Below are positions 19,327 to 28,742 of a stretch of DNA of 60,699 nt, in pieces. The position numbers were made by a program, and so were the translations under genes. The notes under the pieces were generated by a model, which did not search any database, was not told the origin of the DNA, and worked only from the letters and a program-made list of their open reading frames with translations. Source of the stretch: Candidatus Thalassarchaeum sp. (GTDB taxonomy: Archaea > Thermoplasmatota > Poseidoniia > Poseidoniales > Thalassarchaeaceae); contig JBJLJN010000020.1 of assembly GCA_045559735.1 (NCBI GenBank), positions 1-60,699 of the forward strand, given 5' to 3'. Numbering within the stretch: the first letter of the stretch is position 1; every line of letters starts with the position of its first letter.

Positions 19327-19851
19327 CTATTTTCTAGTTGGGACTCGGAATCCGACATACCACATGCCAATCAGGCCTACAAGGATGACAGTACCAGCGC
19401 CGAAACCTGGGTCCGCACCGTTCCATGAGGAAGGATCGGAGAGTATCCCGTCGCCTCTAGTGGAGACGAACCACACGAAGTAGGCCGAAATTGAGGCCAT
19501 CAGAGCGATGAGTCCAACCGTACCGTACTTGGCGTGCTTGGGAATGGTTTTGCCCGTGGCGTAGTACTCAAACATGGCAGTACCGAAGTAACGGTTAGTC
19601 AAAGTTAACCTGAACATCTTCTCACTGGACATCGAGAACAGGAAGGCGGCAGGGACCGCCCAGGAAACAGTCGGCCATCCCGGCACCCAGATGCCAATAA
19701 CGGCGAAACCAAGGAATAACATCCCCATTCCGACATAGACCCTGCTCTTCGCCGGACTGCTGGCGACGCAATACTTCTCCACCACCTCGTCAATGGTCTC
19801 CAAGCGGTCCACAGCAGCATGCGGCGGTATTCTGGAGATAAATCTCAGCAT
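19327..19851 (-). CDS. YbaN/DUF454 family membrane protein
   Basis: GIWVPGWPTV...FSMSSEK...NRYFG...IPKHAK pattern. Confidence 0.8.
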   Translation of the reverse strand: MLRFISRIPPHAAVDRLETIDEVVEKYCVASSPAKSRVYVGMGMLFLGFAVIGIWVPGWPTVSWAVPAAFLFSMSSEKMFRLTLTNRYFGTAMFEYYATGKTIPKHAKYGTVGLIALMASISAYFVWFVSTRGDGILSDPSSWNGADPGFGAGTVILVGLIGMWYVGFRVPTRK

Positions 19852-19908
19852 TCGCTCTCCTGCCGATGCCTCCCCAATTCTCAAGCCCTACCTGCCCCCC
19901 TAGTGGTC

Positions 19909-20541
19909 ATGAGTGACGGCTACGTGCTTCCGAGGGAGGGTTCAGCCGAGGACCCGATTAGGGTCGCTGTGATAATCTCAGGAGGAGGCTCAGGACTGGC
20001 TTCCCTGCTGCGATACCAGGCCACACCGAGGCCACACAGAACCACACTTGTCCTCTCTGACAAGGTTGACGCGGGCGGTCTGCAGCATGGTATCGATGCT
20101 GGCGTACCGAGCATCAGTGTCCCTATACCAATGGATGTGGATTCTAAACAGCGACGGGTTGCCCATGAGATGTTGGTCAACGCAGTGCTCGAGGAGCACG
20201 ATATCGACCTGGTGGTCCTCAGTGGCTACATGCGTATCCTGACACCATGGTTCGTGAGCCGCTGGAAGGGGCGCTTGGTCAATATCCACCCCTCATTGCT
20301 GCCGGACTTCCCAGGCGCCCATGCGCACCGAGATGTCATAGCCGCAGGCGTGAATGTCACCGGATGCACCGTGCATCTGGTCGACGAGGGCGTGGATACA
20401 GGCCCAATCCTCGCGCAGAGAGAAGTCCAGGTGTATGAGGGAGATGACGAGGAGGCGCTGCAAGAAAGAGTCAAGCATGTAGAGCACGTCCTTTATCCTG
20501 AAACACTCGATAGGCTGTGCTCTGGGCAGATTTCACTCTAG
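19909..20541 (+). CDS. purN: Phosphoribosylglycinamide formyltransferase
   Basis: Motifs ISGGGS, LSGYMRIL, NIHPSLLP and GCTVHLVDEGVDTGPI. Confidence 0.95.
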   Translation: MSDGYVLPREGSAEDPIRVAVIISGGGSGLASLLRYQATPRPHRTTLVLSDKVDAGGLQHGIDAGVPSISVPIPMDVDSKQRRVAHEMLVNAVLEEHDIDLVVLSGYMRILTPWFVSRWKGRLVNIHPSLLPDFPGAHAHRDVIAAGVNVTGCTVHLVDEGVDTGPILAQREVQVYEGDDEEALQERVKHVEHVLYPETLDRLCSGQISL

Positions 20542-21096
20542 GTCCTCAGGCTGGTTGACATTCCTGAGCTGTGAAGCATCCTCAAGCAGAATCGAATGAG
20601 GCATCTCCGCGAACTGAAGATGTAAGGGCCTACGATCACCCGATACCAGTCTGCTGAGAACCGCCTCAGGGCGGACAAGAGCCAATAGTGGGTGATTCCA
20701 CACTCCATCACTGGGCATAACGAGGGCATCTGAGTAATCTAAAGCATCCTCGAGAGCTACGAACAGACCCGACTGGACCCACGGGACATCAACCGGAGCG
20801 AGTTGAATTGTCCCGGCCTCAACCAACGGGTCCTCAAAAGCCTCCACGAGTGCCTCGATTGGTCCAGAATGAGGCTCGGCGTCCAACACCCATTCCACCT
20901 CTATCTCCGGATCGATGACTGCTCCGTAGGATTCGATGTCCTCGGGCTGGGCGACCGCTATTCGAATCGGCTCACGCCCTGCTTCGGCCAGAGCCATCGT
21001 GATACGCGCGATGCAAGCATCACCATCGACTTCGAGCAGGGCCTTGTCACAACCCATCCTCGATGAGCGACCACCAGCGAGAACCAAGGATCTCAT
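20533..21096 (-). CDS. mobA: Molybdenum cofactor guanylyltransferase-like NTP transferase
   Basis: Motifs LAGGRSSRMGCDKA, GPIEAL, PVDVP and NVNQPEDL. Confidence 0.85.
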   Translation of the reverse strand: MRSLVLAGGRSSRMGCDKALLEVDGDACIARITMALAEAGREPIRIAVAQPEDIESYGAVIDPEIEVEWVLDAEPHSGPIEALVEAFEDPLVEAGTIQLAPVDVPWVQSGLFVALEDALDYSDALVMPSDGVWNHPLLALVRPEAVLSRLVSGDRRPLHLQFAEMPHSILLEDASQLRNVNQPEDLE

Positions 21097-21100
21097 ACAA

Positions 21101-21310
21101 TCACCGCAGCTCGTCTAGCCGACGCAGTGCGTGCTGTAACTCGTCCATCAAATCGAGAGAGCGATTCAGCAGCGCTGCTCTATCCTTCCTTGACCGCTTG
21201 GTCTCCATCCACCTCATCAGCTGTCTGATGTCTTGAGCGTCGCGTTGAATGGTCCACTCCAGCACTTGCTCAGCAATCGGGTCATCAGAGGGCAACAGAC
21301 GACTACTCAT
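21101..21310 (-). CDS. Small helical hypothetical protein
   Basis: 69 aa, tightly packed between co-oriented genes. Confidence 0.65.
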   Translation of the reverse strand: MSSRLLPSDDPIAEQVLEWTIQRDAQDIRQLMRWMETKRSRKDRAALLNRSLDLMDELQHALRRLDELR

Positions 21311-21335
21311 GACAGCCCGCCACGGTCAACCAACA

Positions 21336-21992
21336 TCAGTCCTGCCCTCGTGCTTCGCCCATTCTGTGCATTATTCTACCCATTAGCGAGTCCTCATACG
21401 GAATCTCGACCGAGGACAACGCATCGAACACGACACCACTAGTTGCATGCCCCTTGAGTGAACCAGCATGGGCCACCAGTATCGCGAGATGACCATCCAC
21501 AGGCCTCGTCTGGCACCACCCAATCAGAACCTCGTCTGAAGGAATCGCGCGACCAGCTCGCAACAACTCCTCTATGCTCAGCAGAAGGGCTTCGGCGGGC
21601 TCAGTATCCCGGATTGACAGAGATAGGACCTGCCATGGGTCCGAGCCCAAGGAGGAATGATCTAAGTTGGCCAGAAGCAATGCAGCCAGAGCAACATCTT
21701 CACGCCCATGGCGCGCCCAAAGGCGGCCAACTAGACGCAGGATTGCGCGTTGGTTTGCTCCGGCCCCGGTCAGCAGCCAGGATGCCAACCTTCTGAGTAG
21801 CTCGTCAGGGGTGCCCAAATGAAATTCGTATCCGGCCGACTCACCGAGGCGGTCTGTACTCGATTTCATTATCAGAGCTGGGACGCCTATAGGATAGGCC
21901 TCGCGCACCATCTTCAACAATCTGCGATCGGAGCGGTGGATCCTAGCAGATTGGGATTCAAGAAACTCATCAAGTGCCTCTGTCTGAGTCAT
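21336..21992 (-). CDS. Hypothetical helical protein (weak AlkD/HEAT-like resemblance)
   Basis: Start at ATG 21992 after a GAGGT SD. LWARHGREDVALAALLL loosely resembles AlkD-type repeats. Confidence 0.6.
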   Translation of the reverse strand: MTQTEALDEFLESQSARIHRSDRRLLKMVREAYPIGVPALIMKSSTDRLGESAGYEFHLGTPDELLRRLASWLLTGAGANQRAILRLVGRLWARHGREDVALAALLLANLDHSSLGSDPWQVLSLSIRDTEPAEALLLSIEELLRAGRAIPSDEVLIGWCQTRPVDGHLAILVAHAGSLKGHATSGVVFDALSSVEIPYEDSLMGRIMHRMGEARGQD

Positions 21993-21999
21993 GGAAACC

Positions 22000-22467
22000 T
22001 CAAATCTGTATTCCGATCCGGTCGAAGATACCACCAATCTTCTCCATAGTGTCGTCGAGACGCATACGGAAGTCCTGCAGCACATTGCGATGTATAATCT
22101 GCTCCAACTGCCTGTCTAGGCTGCGAGTAATGGCCCGATGTTCAGCATCGCTGATTTGAAACGCCTTACGGAGATATGCCACTATCATCAGCTCGTCCTC
22201 AGACCTGTCAGTATGTATGAGGACGGCCTCGAGCACCTGCCCGTACACCATGATTTTCTCCTGAACACTCAACTCTCTGCCTACCGCCAAGACAGTGTCT
22301 TCGATAACGGAATCGTACACCATCCGAGGCTCATCTTCCTCTAATCTGAGGGCGTGAGCCAGTTTGACAAGCAGACGCTTTTCGCCATTGGAGAGGTGAC
22401 CATCTCGCAGGGCCAATCTAGTGGCTCCACGGAAGACCTCCAGACAATCACTCAAGCCCGCCTCCAT
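22000..22467 (-). CDS. TerB-like hypothetical protein
   Basis: ALRDGHLSNGEKRLL and DRSEDE...LRKAFQIS resemble duplicated TerB motifs. Confidence 0.6.
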   Translation of the reverse strand: MEAGLSDCLEVFRGATRLALRDGHLSNGEKRLLVKLAHALRLEEDEPRMVYDSVIEDTVLAVGRELSVQEKIMVYGQVLEAVLIHTDRSEDELMIVAYLRKAFQISDAEHRAITRSLDRQLEQIIHRNVLQDFRMRLDDTMEKIGGIFDRIGIQI

Positions 22468-22560
22468 GGGCTCCGATTGTCGCCGAGTCCCTTAATGCCT
22501 CGCGAACCACACTCTACCGATAATCATCCATTTACTCAACAGTAGCGTTCATGAAGGGTA

Positions 22561-22691
22561 CCCGGTTCGGACGAACTGCAGGTACTCTGCCACACTCGCG
22601 GGCGTTTTGCGCCCATCCACCGAACCGCCAATTGGCGAAAACCGGGAGCGAGGCCCCGAAAGTGGGGCCGAGAGCCTAAGGAGAAAATAGA
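22561..22691 (+). ncRNA. Candidate structured leader RNA upstream of dnaG
   Basis: Several GC-rich stems within about 130 nt (detailed in findings). No known family recognised. Confidence 0.45.
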
Positions 22692-23858
22692 ATGACAAAC
22701 GAAGGAAAATATGTGATACACGCGACTATCCGCACTGACGGAACAGTCGCACGAAAGGACGTCGTGGGGGCGGTTTTCGGCCAGACCGAGGGACTCCTCG
22801 GTGAGGAGCTGCAACTGCGCAAGTTGCAGCGCACCGGAAGAATCGGCCACGTCGACGTGATACTTCGCCAGCACAAGGGCAAGGTGAGTGGGGAAATTCA
22901 ACTTTCCTCGTCAATAGATCAAGTCAGCACCGCCGTGATTGGAGCCGCGCTAGAGACAATCGACAGGATTGGACCATGCAAGGCAAGCATCAAGGTGAAG
23001 CGAATCGAGAACATCCGCTCAGCCAAGAAGGATACGGTAATCGACAGGGCCAAGCAGCTCCTGCTAGATATCGTCAACTCAGGTGCCGACGAGTCGAGAA
23101 ACATCCTCGATGAGGTCCGCTCAGTCCTGAATCTGGAGAAGGAATCAGAATACAAGGGTATGACAGCAGGCCCGAACGTTACTGAGTCTGAGGCGATTAT
23201 CATCGTCGAGGGACGCAACGACGTACGCAACCTACTGAAGTACGACATCAAGAACGCAATAGCGACAATGGGGTCTGGAATCAATCCAGATCTCGCTGGA
23301 CTTGCCAAGGACAAGAAGACGGTGACCGCCTTCCTAGATGGCGACCGTGGCGGAAAGCTACTTCTCATGGAGATTAGCGGCACGCTCGGGAAATCCCTGA
23401 CGCACGTCGCTTTCGCACCTACCAGTCGAGAGGTCGAGCACCTCGAGATGAAGGTCGTGACGAAGGCACTGGCTCAGAAGGAAACCGCTGGCAAGGTCGT
23501 CGCGAGAATCCAGAAGGAAATCAATATTGATGACGACCGCTCGGTCGGTCGTGGTCAGGAAGCCCTTGAGGCCCCTGAGGAGATTAAGGCATGGGCGGAA
23601 ATGCTCGAAGGTCTGAAGCGCAACCAAGCCGTCATCGTCCAAGAGGACGGTTCTGGTTCGGACCCAATTGGGGCACGCAGCCTCGAGAATGCACTCAACT
23701 CCTCTGAGAACGCTCAGGGACTGGTATTCTCTGGAAAAGTCACTGCACGAATCTTCGATCTGGCTTCAGGAGCCGGCATTGAGAATGTGCTAGGGACATC
23801 CGTAGGAACAGTCACCCGCAAGAGTGGTGTGCAGGCTTTCTCGACTGAGAACTTCTGA
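22692..23858 (+). CDS. dnaG: Archaeal DnaG (TOPRIM; primase-like, exosome-associated)
   Basis: Motifs DVVGAVFGQTEGLLG, LQRTGRIG, ALETIDRIGPC, IIVEGRNDV and FLDGDRGG. An AAGGAG SD is present. Confidence 0.96.
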   Translation: MTNEGKYVIHATIRTDGTVARKDVVGAVFGQTEGLLGEELQLRKLQRTGRIGHVDVILRQHKGKVSGEIQLSSSIDQVSTAVIGAALETIDRIGPCKASIKVKRIENIRSAKKDTVIDRAKQLLLDIVNSGADESRNILDEVRSVLNLEKESEYKGMTAGPNVTESEAIIIVEGRNDVRNLLKYDIKNAIATMGSGINPDLAGLAKDKKTVTAFLDGDRGGKLLLMEISGTLGKSLTHVAFAPTSREVEHLEMKVVTKALAQKETAGKVVARIQKEINIDDDRSVGRGQEALEAPEEIKAWAEMLEGLKRNQAVIVQEDGSGSDPIGARSLENALNSSENAQGLVFSGKVTARIFDLASGAGIENVLGTSVGTVTRKSGVQAFSTENF

Positions 23859-23965
23859 ACAATAATAGCCGGTCTTCCGGCGGGACATAGTCCCGCCAAC
23901 AATGACCGCGTCAGCCTTGGAATCCGCAGAAGCCATCAAAAGTCGTGCAGTTCCGCTGCGGCCAG

Positions 23966-26266
23966 ATGGAAGACTCCACAATGGGTGTGCTAGCACTCTA
24001 TGCCCTACTGGGGATAGCTCTACTGACCCTATGGCTCAGGCACCAAGCTGTACTCCGACAGCGTGAGAGGATGAGGGAGAAGATGGGAAATCTTCAGGGC
24101 GATCTGTCTGACACTTCACAGCGACTTGACCTACTCTCCAGAGGAGTCGATACCGTACTCAGTGAGACTCCCGGGGTCCAGGGACTCTTGGAAGCCCACA
24201 AGTCCCTCGAGTCTGCAGAAGATTTACTATTCCAGCAGGGAATCAACGTCAGCTCCAGTGAGTCCGTTGCGATAGCAACTCATGCCGCCAGGACGATTCT
24301 TGTCCATTACCCCGGCCTTGCCGACGATCAGGGCAACAAGGAAGTCGTTCCAGGCCTACTGCCACTGGTCGAACGGCTCGACGCAATACTCAACGAATCC
24401 GAGATGCGCTCCGAGGACCTCGAGTTGAACGGGGTTGAACATCGCAGGATGGGGGAACTGTTCCATGCCATAGACCGGAAGATGCGAGCCTCGGACTTCT
24501 ACCAGAGAGCCCACAGCCTCAGTGCCGAGGACGCAGAGGCCCTCCGTTCTCTTGCCGCGATTCACCGTGAGGAGGGCGAGATTGAGGCACTTGACCGCAC
24601 TCTTGAGAGGCTGCTCGCCGTAGAGCCTGATGATGTGGCCGTGCTCAAGGAACAAGCACTGTTGCTGACAGGAACCGATGATGAGCGAACCAATCGCAAC
24701 AAACTCAGGCTTGAGGCACTGGGTGTGGAGTTCGATACATCGCTATCCGGAACCGACATCTCAGACATTATCAACAGAGCTCGAGAGGTAAATTCAGATA
24801 TTGACCCAAGTAAAGTAGAGCCGGAAACATCGTCGGGCTGGCTCGAGCGCGCAGCAAGACTTCTGCTAATCGGCGAGATACAAGTGGCTCTTGAATCAGT
24901 CGAGAAGGCAGTCGAGGTCAACCCCGACAATGGCGAGGCTTGGATGCTTCACGCCAAGCTGCTCTCAGTCGATGAAGAGAGGATTAAGGAGGCGTTGCAG
25001 AGCATCCGTAGGGCCACAGTGCTCGGTGAGTACGGCGTACTGCTGGAGTCCGAGGTGTTCGAGAATAGCGGTAGGCTTGATGCTGCTAGAGCGGTGCTCG
25101 AAGAGAGACTGGAGACCAATCCTGAGGACACTGAGGCTCGTGCTAGACTGAGTCTAGTGTTGCTTAGAGCAGGAGCCCCAGACTGGTCTCGGAAGGTACT
25201 GGACGAAGCGCCACCGGAAGCTTGGGACAGTGCTGCGATGCATGTCATGGATGGTAGATTACATCTATTGGATTCTGAGAATCACCGCGACAGCATGGGT
25301 AACCATGACCAGATTATCCTACTCGATGCTATGGTGGCATTCGATGCTGCGATAGAGAGAGACAGGGAAAACGGCCTTGCATGGCTGGGCCGAGCCAGAG
25401 CGCTGCGCTATCAGGGCGCACCCAACGAGGCCGAGGTCGCTCTTACCCGAGCACGCAGACTGATTCCCGAACACCCTTCGATTCCACTCGAGGAGTCCCA
25501 ACTCTGTTTCGACCTAGGCCGCCTCGAACAGGCGGATACGCTAATTGCAGAGGCAGCGACCCTTCTCAATGACCACAACTCGATTCCATTTGTCAGAGGA
25601 CTCATCGCGGCACGTCAGCACAGACTCTCAGAGGCGATATCTCTGTTTTCCAAGGTAATTGCCAGCGAGCCTGAACATGTCCGAGCCAGGCTCAACCGCT
25701 GCTCAGCATTGCTGCTGAAGGGGGATCTAGCCTCAGCTCTGGCCGACGCCGATCATCTGGTCTCCGCTTATCCCGAACTCAACATAGCCCGCCTTAGGCG
25801 CGCTGAGATTCAGATGAGCAACGGCGACTGGGGGGACGCCGAGAGTGAGTTGCGAACACTGTTGGAATACAAGCCCGAGCACACGATGGCCTTAGTCCAC
25901 CTCGGTACATGCCTGATTGCCAGAGGCAGGCCCGAGCAGGCAGAGAAACCTCTCAACGCCGCGCTACAAATCGACTCAACCCACTCAGACGCATGGTACC
26001 AACGCGGATTACTATACCTCGACTTCGGCAGGATAGACGATGCCAAGCAGGACTTTGAGAACGCTGCTGATAATGACCCACACCACATTGATGCTAGACT
26101 CAGGATAGCTGCAATACTGCACGAGACTGGCGACGGCAAGCAGGCTGCTGCGGCGTGGAGAAAAGCACTCGATGTTGATCCTGAACACCGCCTAGCTCGT
26201 CGCAGACTTGAGGAATGCAAAGGCTCGGTGGAACCACCGACAACGAGGCCGCAGACAGAGGGTTGA
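23966..26266 (+). CDS. Membrane-anchored tetratricopeptide repeat protein
   Basis: N-terminal TM and coiled coil, then many TPR units (e.g. AWYQRGLLYLDFGRIDDAKQDFENA). Confidence 0.88.
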   Translation: MEDSTMGVLALYALLGIALLTLWLRHQAVLRQRERMREKMGNLQGDLSDTSQRLDLLSRGVDTVLSETPGVQGLLEAHKSLESAEDLLFQQGINVSSSESVAIATHAARTILVHYPGLADDQGNKEVVPGLLPLVERLDAILNESEMRSEDLELNGVEHRRMGELFHAIDRKMRASDFYQRAHSLSAEDAEALRSLAAIHREEGEIEALDRTLERLLAVEPDDVAVLKEQALLLTGTDDERTNRNKLRLEALGVEFDTSLSGTDISDIINRAREVNSDIDPSKVEPETSSGWLERAARLLLIGEIQVALESVEKAVEVNPDNGEAWMLHAKLLSVDEERIKEALQSIRRATVLGEYGVLLESEVFENSGRLDAARAVLEERLETNPEDTEARARLSLVLLRAGAPDWSRKVLDEAPPEAWDSAAMHVMDGRLHLLDSENHRDSMGNHDQIILLDAMVAFDAAIERDRENGLAWLGRARALRYQGAPNEAEVALTRARRLIPEHPSIPLEESQLCFDLGRLEQADTLIAEAATLLNDHNSIPFVRGLIAARQHRLSEAISLFSKVIASEPEHVRARLNRCSALLLKGDLASALADADHLVSAYPELNIARLRRAEIQMSNGDWGDAESELRTLLEYKPEHTMALVHLGTCLIARGRPEQAEKPLNAALQIDSTHSDAWYQRGLLYLDFGRIDDAKQDFENAADNDPHHIDARLRIAAILHETGDGKQAAAAWRKALDVDPEHRLARRRLEECKGSVEPPTTRPQTEG

Positions 26267-26292
26267 ACTGCTTCCCATCACACCCGCGGGTC

Positions 26293-26847
26293 ATGCCGGG
26301 ACAAAGAGGGATAGAACCAGGAGATGCAGCGCCACAATTCGAACTGCCTAATGCCAATTCAGCGATGGGTGGCAAATCGATGAGTCTGAGTGATGTCATG
26401 CGAGAGAACGGGGCCATCATAACCTTCACCTGCAATCACTGCCCTTATGTCGTTGGCTCAGAATCTAGGATCGAGAATATCGCCTCAAAGGCAGCCTCGA
26501 GCGGCATGGGTTTCGTTGGAATCAACTCCAATGACCCAGTGAACTACGAGTCAGACTCATGGGATAACATGGTCAAGAGAGCCAACCGCGGTATGGGCTA
26601 TGCATACTTGCACGATGAGAGCCAGGAGATTGCCAGCGCTTACGGTGCAGAACGAACCCCTGAGTTCTACGTGCTCGACTCCACTGGAACTGTTGTTTAC
26701 AGGGGCCGTTTGGATGACTCGCCCCGCGATCCTTCTCACGCATCGACCTCGGAGTTGTCCGATGCTATGGATGAGATGGCAGCCGGTAATTCGGTCTCCG
26801 TCCAGAGGACGGACAGCATCGGTTGCTCTGTGAAGTGGAAGATGTAG
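26293..26847 (+). CDS. Thioredoxin-family (AhpC/TSA-like) protein
   Basis: Motifs APQFEL, CNHCPYV, INSND, YGAERTPE and GCSVKWK. Confidence 0.92.
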   Translation: MPGQRGIEPGDAAPQFELPNANSAMGGKSMSLSDVMRENGAIITFTCNHCPYVVGSESRIENIASKAASSGMGFVGINSNDPVNYESDSWDNMVKRANRGMGYAYLHDESQEIASAYGAERTPEFYVLDSTGTVVYRGRLDDSPRDPSHASTSELSDAMDEMAAGNSVSVQRTDSIGCSVKWKM

Positions 26848-26854
26848 GTGACCC

Positions 26855-27691
26855 ATGCGTGTGGCGTCCCCGAACAAAATGGGTCTGCCCGCCAGATTCT
26901 TCGTCACGATGCTACGATTCGCACCTGGTATAATCCAGAACCGAATGTGGAAATGGTGGTACCAGAAGCTTGCCAATGCCAATGACCGCTCAGAGTTCAG
27001 ATTCATGAATTACGGCTTTGAGGACGGCAACGGGCCAGAACTCGAAGCCGAGGATGAACCCAACAGGATGTTCATTCAACTCTATTCAATGAATATCAGA
27101 GGCATAGACCTCGAAGGGCGTGATGTCCTTGAGGTCGGCTCCGGTCGGGGAGGAGGAGCCAGTTGGATTGCTAAGACCCACTCCCCAGCCAGATTGACTG
27201 GAGTCGATTTCTCACCCAAGGCAGTAGGGCATTGCAACCGATGGTACTCTGACCAGACCAATCTCAATTTCGTTGAAGGAAACGCCCAGAATCTACCTTT
27301 TGGTGATGAGACCTTCGATGTGGTGTACAACGTCGAATCGTCCCATTGTTATGGCGACATGGCCGCATTCGTCGAGCAGGCGCATCGTGTTCTTAGGCCG
27401 GGCGGGATGTTCTGCTGGACCGATCTGCGTGACGCGGAAACGATGGAAACACTCCCTTCACTATTCGAATCTAGGGGCTTCGAAATCATGGAGTCCTCTG
27501 ACGTGGTGCAAGAGGTCATCAAAGCCCTCGATGAGATTAACGAGACGAAAATGAAAGCCATTGAGGAAAATGTCCCCAAATCTGTCAGAAGGAGCTTCGA
27601 GACCTTCGCAGGGATCAAGGGCACTCCAGTCTACGAAGGATTCGTCAGCGGCTCTATGGCCTACCATCGACATCTGATGCGGAAGTGCTAA
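26855..27691 (+). CDS. Class I SAM-dependent methyltransferase (fatty-acid/lipid O-methyltransferase-like)
   Basis: Motifs FMNYG, VLEVGSGRGGG and NVESSHCY. Confidence 0.85.
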   Translation: MRVASPNKMGLPARFFVTMLRFAPGIIQNRMWKWWYQKLANANDRSEFRFMNYGFEDGNGPELEAEDEPNRMFIQLYSMNIRGIDLEGRDVLEVGSGRGGGASWIAKTHSPARLTGVDFSPKAVGHCNRWYSDQTNLNFVEGNAQNLPFGDETFDVVYNVESSHCYGDMAAFVEQAHRVLRPGGMFCWTDLRDAETMETLPSLFESRGFEIMESSDVVQEVIKALDEINETKMKAIEENVPKSVRRSFETFAGIKGTPVYEGFVSGSMAYHRHLMRKC

Positions 27692-27693
27692 AC

Positions 27694-28116
27694 TCAGTAT
27701 TGCTCGAGTACTAATTCAGTCTGAGTTGAACTGATTTCTCCGGGTGCGGCGAGCCACATCTCGTCAAGCAGACCTCGCAGCGCAACCGTATCATCGACGT
27801 GCACAACAGCAACTAGGTCAGCATCTCCACTTACCTCATAGACACACTCGACACCAGGCCAAGTTGAGAACTCTCCAGCCAATGTCCCTATCTCGGTCCC
27901 CGGTCCAATCTTGAGTCTCACCAAGGCAGTCAGACCGATGCCCGCCTCTCTGATTGTGTAGCCTCGGACAACACCATCATCCTCCATCCTGCGCATACGA
28001 GTCCTGACCGTTCTCTCCGTCACTCCGACTTGCTTTGCGATGTCAACGAAAGGTGCTCTCGCTGAGTCTCGCAATACCCCAAGGATGGCTCTGTCAAGAC
28101 TGTCTACCTCAACCAT
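27694..28116 (-). CDS. Lrp/AsnC family transcriptional regulator
   Basis: DSLDRAIL...AR...IAKQVGVTERTVRTRMRRM and YEVSGDADL. Confidence 0.92.
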   Translation of the reverse strand: MVEVDSLDRAILGVLRDSARAPFVDIAKQVGVTERTVRTRMRRMEDDGVVRGYTIREAGIGLTALVRLKIGPGTEIGTLAGEFSTWPGVECVYEVSGDADLVAVVHVDDTVALRGLLDEMWLAAPGEISSTQTELVLEQY

Positions 28117-28259
28117 GGGTTGCGCCGAAAATAGACCATTATTTGTACTTTCACTGCTCTATGTGTGAAAACCCACCCTCCAGTATTTCCGGTTTCTGTA
28201 GTATATTTCGCCACCAATCGAAAGTTGCGTTCAAATGGGATGGCGAAAATGCGAGTACG

Positions 28260-28694
28260 ATGTCGGGCGAGGAGGCAACGGGACAACTCCGTGTTCAGGA
28301 GTACCTCGACGACGTCTCCGATTTGGACATCCCCTCGTCTCAGACTCAGTGGTACAACGTCGATGTCGCTTCGCTTCTGACCTCGACCAAGATTCTCGGA
28401 CACGAGGTCGACAGGTGCACTGGCGACTCACTTCTGTTCCTAGAGAGAAGTGCGATGCTGTGCTCTCCTTCAAGCGGCAAGATGCAACACTTCCCTAAGC
28501 ATCTGCTGCACTGCTTTGTCGATGACAACCGTGAGAAGTGTAGCGAGCACGACGGTGTGCTGTTCCGAGCCGAACTGTTCTCAATCTCTCCCACCGAGGA
28601 GCAGCTATGCTGGGAACACTGCTGCCGCTCCGAGATGGAAGTCCCCGAAGTCCAGAGCCGTGTCGCACGCTGGTTAGGCTGGCTCAATGCATGA
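28260..28694 (+). CDS. Hypothetical Cys-rich protein
   Basis: ORF from ATG 28260; no recognised family. Confidence 0.65.
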   Translation: MSGEEATGQLRVQEYLDDVSDLDIPSSQTQWYNVDVASLLTSTKILGHEVDRCTGDSLLFLERSAMLCSPSSGKMQHFPKHLLHCFVDDNREKCSEHDGVLFRAELFSISPTEEQLCWEHCCRSEMEVPEVQSRVARWLGWLNA

Positions 28695-28742
28695 TTGCGG
28701 GATAGCGCAACCTTGAGAGGTAGACGGCAGGTCGCCGCATCA

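Noticed and set aside
22561-22691. Known RNA identity (SRP, RNase P, hammerhead, tRNA) for the dnaG leader
   Set aside because: It is too short for archaeal SRP or RNase P RNA, and has no CUGANGA core and no cloverleaf or T-loop.
22536-22901. Minus-strand 121-aa ORF across the dnaG leader
   Set aside because: It is antisense to dnaG with no recognisable motifs, so it is a shadow ORF.
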